Shown piece after piece: positions 60,840 to 64,000 of a stretch of 64,000 nt of DNA. Every line of letters starts with the position of its first letter. Position 1 is the first letter of the stretch. This DNA comes from Mycoplasmatota bacterium (GTDB lineage Bacteria; Bacillota_I; Bacilli_A; MAG-NZ), in the NCBI GenBank assembly GCA_018394315.1, contig CP074575.1, positions 248,001 to 312,000 on the forward strand, read 5' to 3'. A model generated the notes under the pieces. The model was given only the letters and a program-made list of their open reading frames with translations. It searched no databases and was not told where the DNA came from. The translations under genes were made by a program, and so were the position numbers.

Positions 60840-61862
60840 CTACCCCCATCTAACCATACTAGCTGCCCAAACATAGCCTATCCCAGCCGCTAATAGACAA
60901 ACATTATCGTTCTCTTTAATCTTGCCTTGTTCTATTCCTAAGTGTAAAGAAACTATTTGATCAATTTGTCCGACATGTCCATAATCTTCTAAATATATGG
61001 TTTGATCTTCAGTAAGTTGCAACTCGTCAAGTATAGCGATATGTCCCGATCTTTTTATATGAAGTATTGCTAAAAAGTCTACATCTTCTCTTGTTAAGTT
61101 CGACTTTGTTAACGAGTCATCAATACACTGCATCCAATTTTTAAATGAAACCTCATTTAATCTATCTTTCATCTTTTTAGGTTCCATTAACTTTAATGAC
61201 TTGTAAGCATAATCAATGTTTTCCTTTGTTATTGGATTACATGACCCACCAATTTCAACACCAGCTGATCTTGCTAAACTACCATCTCCAATAATATGAG
61301 AACCTAAAACTAAATTCTTTCCATAATTCTTCTTTAAAATCATGGCTCCTCCGCCTGCAGAGAGATTATACATCATAGACATATCTTTATCTTCATAGTT
61401 CACAAAGTCGCCATTTCTATATCCACCAACGATCATTATTGTATTTATTGAATCATCGGCAATAAGTAAATCTTTTGCTATTTTTATTGCTGAAACACTA
61501 GTACAACATCTATTTTGTAAGTCTATTCCCCAAGCATTATCTGCTCCTATCTTACCTTGAACATAAAGAGCAGATGTAGTTAAGGGGTATTCCTTCCACT
61601 CTTCAGTAATGGATAAAATCACATCAATCTCGAGAGGATCGATTTTTGTATTATTCAAACAATCAACAGCAGCTAAATAAGACATCTCTTGCGATCCTTC
61701 ATTCTCTGATGCAATGAATTTTTCTTTGATCCCAAGTTTATCGATGACTGCTTGTTCAGTCCATACACCATTAGTTAACGAAGCTATTTCTTTAGCATTT
61801 AATTTATTTTTCGGTAAATATAGTCCTGTTCCTACGATTCCTACATTTATCTTACTGGTCAT
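60840..61862 (-). CDS. 3-oxoacyl-ACP synthase III-like (FabH-like) protein
   Basis: GTGLYLP, catalytic NRCC, ILH, YGHVG and AAGIGYVW. Confidence 0.85.
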   Translation of the reverse strand: MTSKINVGIVGTGLYLPKNKLNAKEIASLTNGVWTEQAVIDKLGIKEKFIASENEGSQEMSYLAAVDCLNNTKIDPLEIDVILSITEEWKEYPLTTSALYVQGKIGADNAWGIDLQNRCCTSVSAIKIAKDLLIADDSINTIMIVGGYRNGDFVNYEDKDMSMMYNLSAGGGAMILKKNYGKNLVLGSHIIGDGSLARSAGVEIGGSCNPITKENIDYAYKSLKLMEPKKMKDRLNEVSFKNWMQCIDDSLTKSNLTREDVDFLAILHIKRSGHIAILDELQLTEDQTIYLEDYGHVGQIDQIVSLHLGIEQGKIKENDNVCLLAAGIGYVWAASMVRWG

Positions 61863-61882
61863 CGAATCACCTCTTGTGTTAC

Positions 61883-62602
61883 TTATAATCTCATTCCACC
61901 GTTCACACTTAAAGTGTGTCCAGTAATATAAGAAGCTTCATCACTTGCTAAGAATAACGCTGCGTTAGCTATTTCTTCTGGTTGTCCTAATCTCTTAAGC
62001 ATTGTCAATTGAGCAAATGAGTTAAGTAGATCTTCAGGAACTGTTTTAAGTATATCTGTCATTATGTATCCTGGTGAAATAGCATTTACTCTTACAGGTA
62101 CACCTTTTCTTGCAAATTCTTTTGCCCAAGTTTTCGTAAGCCCGATTAATCCAGCCTTAGTAGCTGAATAATTGGCTTGTCCAATATTTCCATATTCGCC
62201 AACAACACTTGAGATATTAATTATCGATCCTCCACCATTTACTTCCATCTGTGGACCAATATGTCTTACTAAGTTGAATACTCCTTTTAAATTTACGTCA
62301 ATTACTAGATTCCACTGCTCATCAGTCATCTTTCTAGTCATTGAGTCTCTAGTAATTCCTGCATTATTAACTAGAATATCTATTTTTCCATACTTCTCAA
62401 TAATCTTATCAAAAAAATTCTTACAATCTTCGGTATTAGTTACATTCAGTACATATCCTTCTACTTGATCGTTTTCATAACTTAATTCAGTCATGTCTAC
62501 AGCTACGACTTTAGCACCTTCTTTTGCATATCTTAATGCCATTTCCATACCTAAACCTTTTGCTGCTCCAGTTACAACAGCTACCTTATTTTCAAGTCTC
62601 AT
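61883..62602 (-). CDS. fabG: 3-oxoacyl-ACP / acetoacetyl-CoA reductase (SDR)
   Basis: TGAAKGLG, NNAGITRD and YSATK. Confidence 0.88.
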   Translation of the reverse strand: MRLENKVAVVTGAAKGLGMEMALRYAKEGAKVVAVDMTELSYENDQVEGYVLNVTNTEDCKNFFDKIIEKYGKIDILVNNAGITRDSMTRKMTDEQWNLVIDVNLKGVFNLVRHIGPQMEVNGGGSIINISSVVGEYGNIGQANYSATKAGLIGLTKTWAKEFARKGVPVRVNAISPGYIMTDILKTVPEDLLNSFAQLTMLKRLGQPEEIANAALFLASDEASYITGHTLSVNGGMRL

Positions 62603-63816
62603 TTACTCTCCTCCATACTTTTAAGAATTAATGCAGTACCCATTCCTCCACCAATACAAAGTGAAGCTAATCCATATTTTGATTTTCTTCGAAGCATTTC
62701 GTGTACTAACGTAGTGGTAATTCTATTTCCACTAGCACCAACAGGATGACCTAATGCAATAGCTCCACCATTAACATTTGTTCTTTCCATAATTGCTTCT
62801 TCTGTCATTTTGAATTCTGAAGCTAATTCTTTAACAACTCCTAGACTTTGTGCAGCAAAAGCTTCATTTAACTCTAATAATTCGATATCACTTAAAGTTA
62901 AATCTGTTTTACCAATTGCATCTATTACAGCAGGAACTGGTCCTAGTCCCATATAAAGGGGTTCTACGCCACCTTGCCCAACACTTATAATTTCAACTAG
63001 CGGGTTCAAGTTATGTTCTTTTACTGCTTCTTCACTAGCTATTAACATAAAACTAGCACCGTCATTTATTCCAGAACTATTTCCAGCTGTTACCGAACCA
63101 TCCTTTTTAAAGGCTGCTCTTAATTTTCCTAATTTCTCTAGAGTAGTCTTACCGTTAGGATATTCATCTTTATCAAATATGATTTCTTCTCTTCTACTCT
63201 TAACTGTAACAGGTACTATCTCATCATTAAATTTGTTTTCTTCTAAAGCCTTAACAGCTTTCTTCTGAGAGTTAATAGCGAACTCATCCTGTTCCTCTCT
63301 TGTCAAAGAGTACTTCTCAACGATATTTTCAGCTGTTATTCCCATATGAACTTGATTAAAAGCATCAGTTAGAGCATCATCAATCATATGATCCTTAACA
63401 TTGAATCCAACCATCTTTATCCCATTTCTTACTTTTTCTGGCAGTAAGTATGGCGACAAACTCATTGATTCAGTACCACCAACAACTACCAGATTGTGAA
63501 TCCCTGCTTTAATACTTGTGAATGCATTCATTATCGTTTTCATCCCTGATCCACATACCATGTTTAAACTGTACGCTGGTACACTTACTGGTATTCCAGC
63601 TTTGATAGATACCTGTCTACCAAGTCCTTGACCCAATCCTGCAGGCAAAATATTACCTACAATTACTTCATCAATTTTCTCAGCACTAATTTTAGTCTCT
63701 TCTAAAATGTTCTTTACTACTACCGCTCCTAAATCCGCTGGATGCACCGATTTAAGAGTGCCAAGAAATGACCCAATTGCTGTACGTTTTGCTGATACAA
63801 TGTAAACTTTACTCAT
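62599..63816 (-). CDS. Acetyl-CoA C-acetyltransferase (thiolase)
   Basis: VCGSGM, NEAFA, GHPVGASG and LCIGGGMG. Confidence 0.95.
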   Translation of the reverse strand: MSKVYIVSAKRTAIGSFLGTLKSVHPADLGAVVVKNILEETKISAEKIDEVIVGNILPAGLGQGLGRQVSIKAGIPVSVPAYSLNMVCGSGMKTIMNAFTSIKAGIHNLVVVGGTESMSLSPYLLPEKVRNGIKMVGFNVKDHMIDDALTDAFNQVHMGITAENIVEKYSLTREEQDEFAINSQKKAVKALEENKFNDEIVPVTVKSRREEIIFDKDEYPNGKTTLEKLGKLRAAFKKDGSVTAGNSSGINDGASFMLIASEEAVKEHNLNPLVEIISVGQGGVEPLYMGLGPVPAVIDAIGKTDLTLSDIELLELNEAFAAQSLGVVKELASEFKMTEEAIMERTNVNGGAIALGHPVGASGNRITTTLVHEMLRRKSKYGLASLCIGGGMGTALILKSMEESK

Positions 63817-63917
63817 ATAATCCTCCTCCAAAATATTAAAAGTTTTACACAGTTAAAAACTACAAATTGTCATTTAAACTTATACTTGAAATTTGTACTT
63901 TTTTCCTTTATACTATC

Positions 63918-63949
63918 TTCAGTTACTGGTTATCTCGTTAGTAACTGAA
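63918..63949. promoter_or_regulatory. Candidate operator upstream of the thiolase operon
   Basis: TTCAGTTACT-N12-AGTAACTGAA perfect 10-bp inverted repeat. Confidence 0.4.
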
Positions 63950-64000
63950 TAACTGTTCATAACATGAAGACTTATTCAATAAATATCATAAAACGCTTAC

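Noticed and set aside
104..62468. Many short ORFs opposite long genes (e.g. 104-343, 918-1181, 12638-13021, 16068-16424, 36378-36701, 57595-58032) and ORFs crossing repeats (3588-3779, 18432-18635)
   Set aside because: Antisense shadows of real genes or chance frames, with no recognisable motifs.

Overview
Low-GC bacterial chromosome segment using the standard genetic code. Gene content suggests an anaerobic Bacillota or Izemoplasmatales-like organism, which is inference only. It has two parts. (1) Positions 1 to about 21,950 form an accessory array anchored at a tRNA-His(GTG) gene (21950-22026, minus strand). The tRNA 3' end recurs 8 more times in the same orientation (about 3584, 5447, 8611, 17285, 17443, 18518, 20382, 21787), several with a conserved trailer and a terminator hairpin. 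These repeats cut the region into 0.16-8.7 kb units of co-oriented cargo: GNATs, Nudix, nitroreductase, phosphotransferase, DEDDh exonuclease, S41 peptidase, lipoprotein serpin, an MNT-HEPN fusion, LytTR/GHKL plus ABC exporters, and a TIM-barrel protein. No integrase is visible in the window. The repeats fall into two classes (intact T-arm, or T-loop replaced by a GTGCCT-ATA-AGGCAC hairpin), and each class has a longer shared flank seen in two copies. Two repeats carry IS3-family ends exactly 8 bp past the CCA. This looks like an integron-like, tRNA-anchored cassette array and is the main finding. (2) Positions 22,100-64,000 are mostly ordinary housekeeping and metabolic genes: TldD/PmbA, CoA-disulfide reductase-rhodanese, THUMP methyltransferase, GGDEF/HD-GYP, MBOAT/DHHW, and phosphonate ABC plus 5'-nucleotidase. 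This part also has an intact ISL3 with an 8-bp target duplication inside a terminator loop, several IS relics, and a thiolase/FabG/FabH-like/Liv-type ABC/CoA-transferase/hydrolase operon that may scavenge hydroxybutyrate oligomers.
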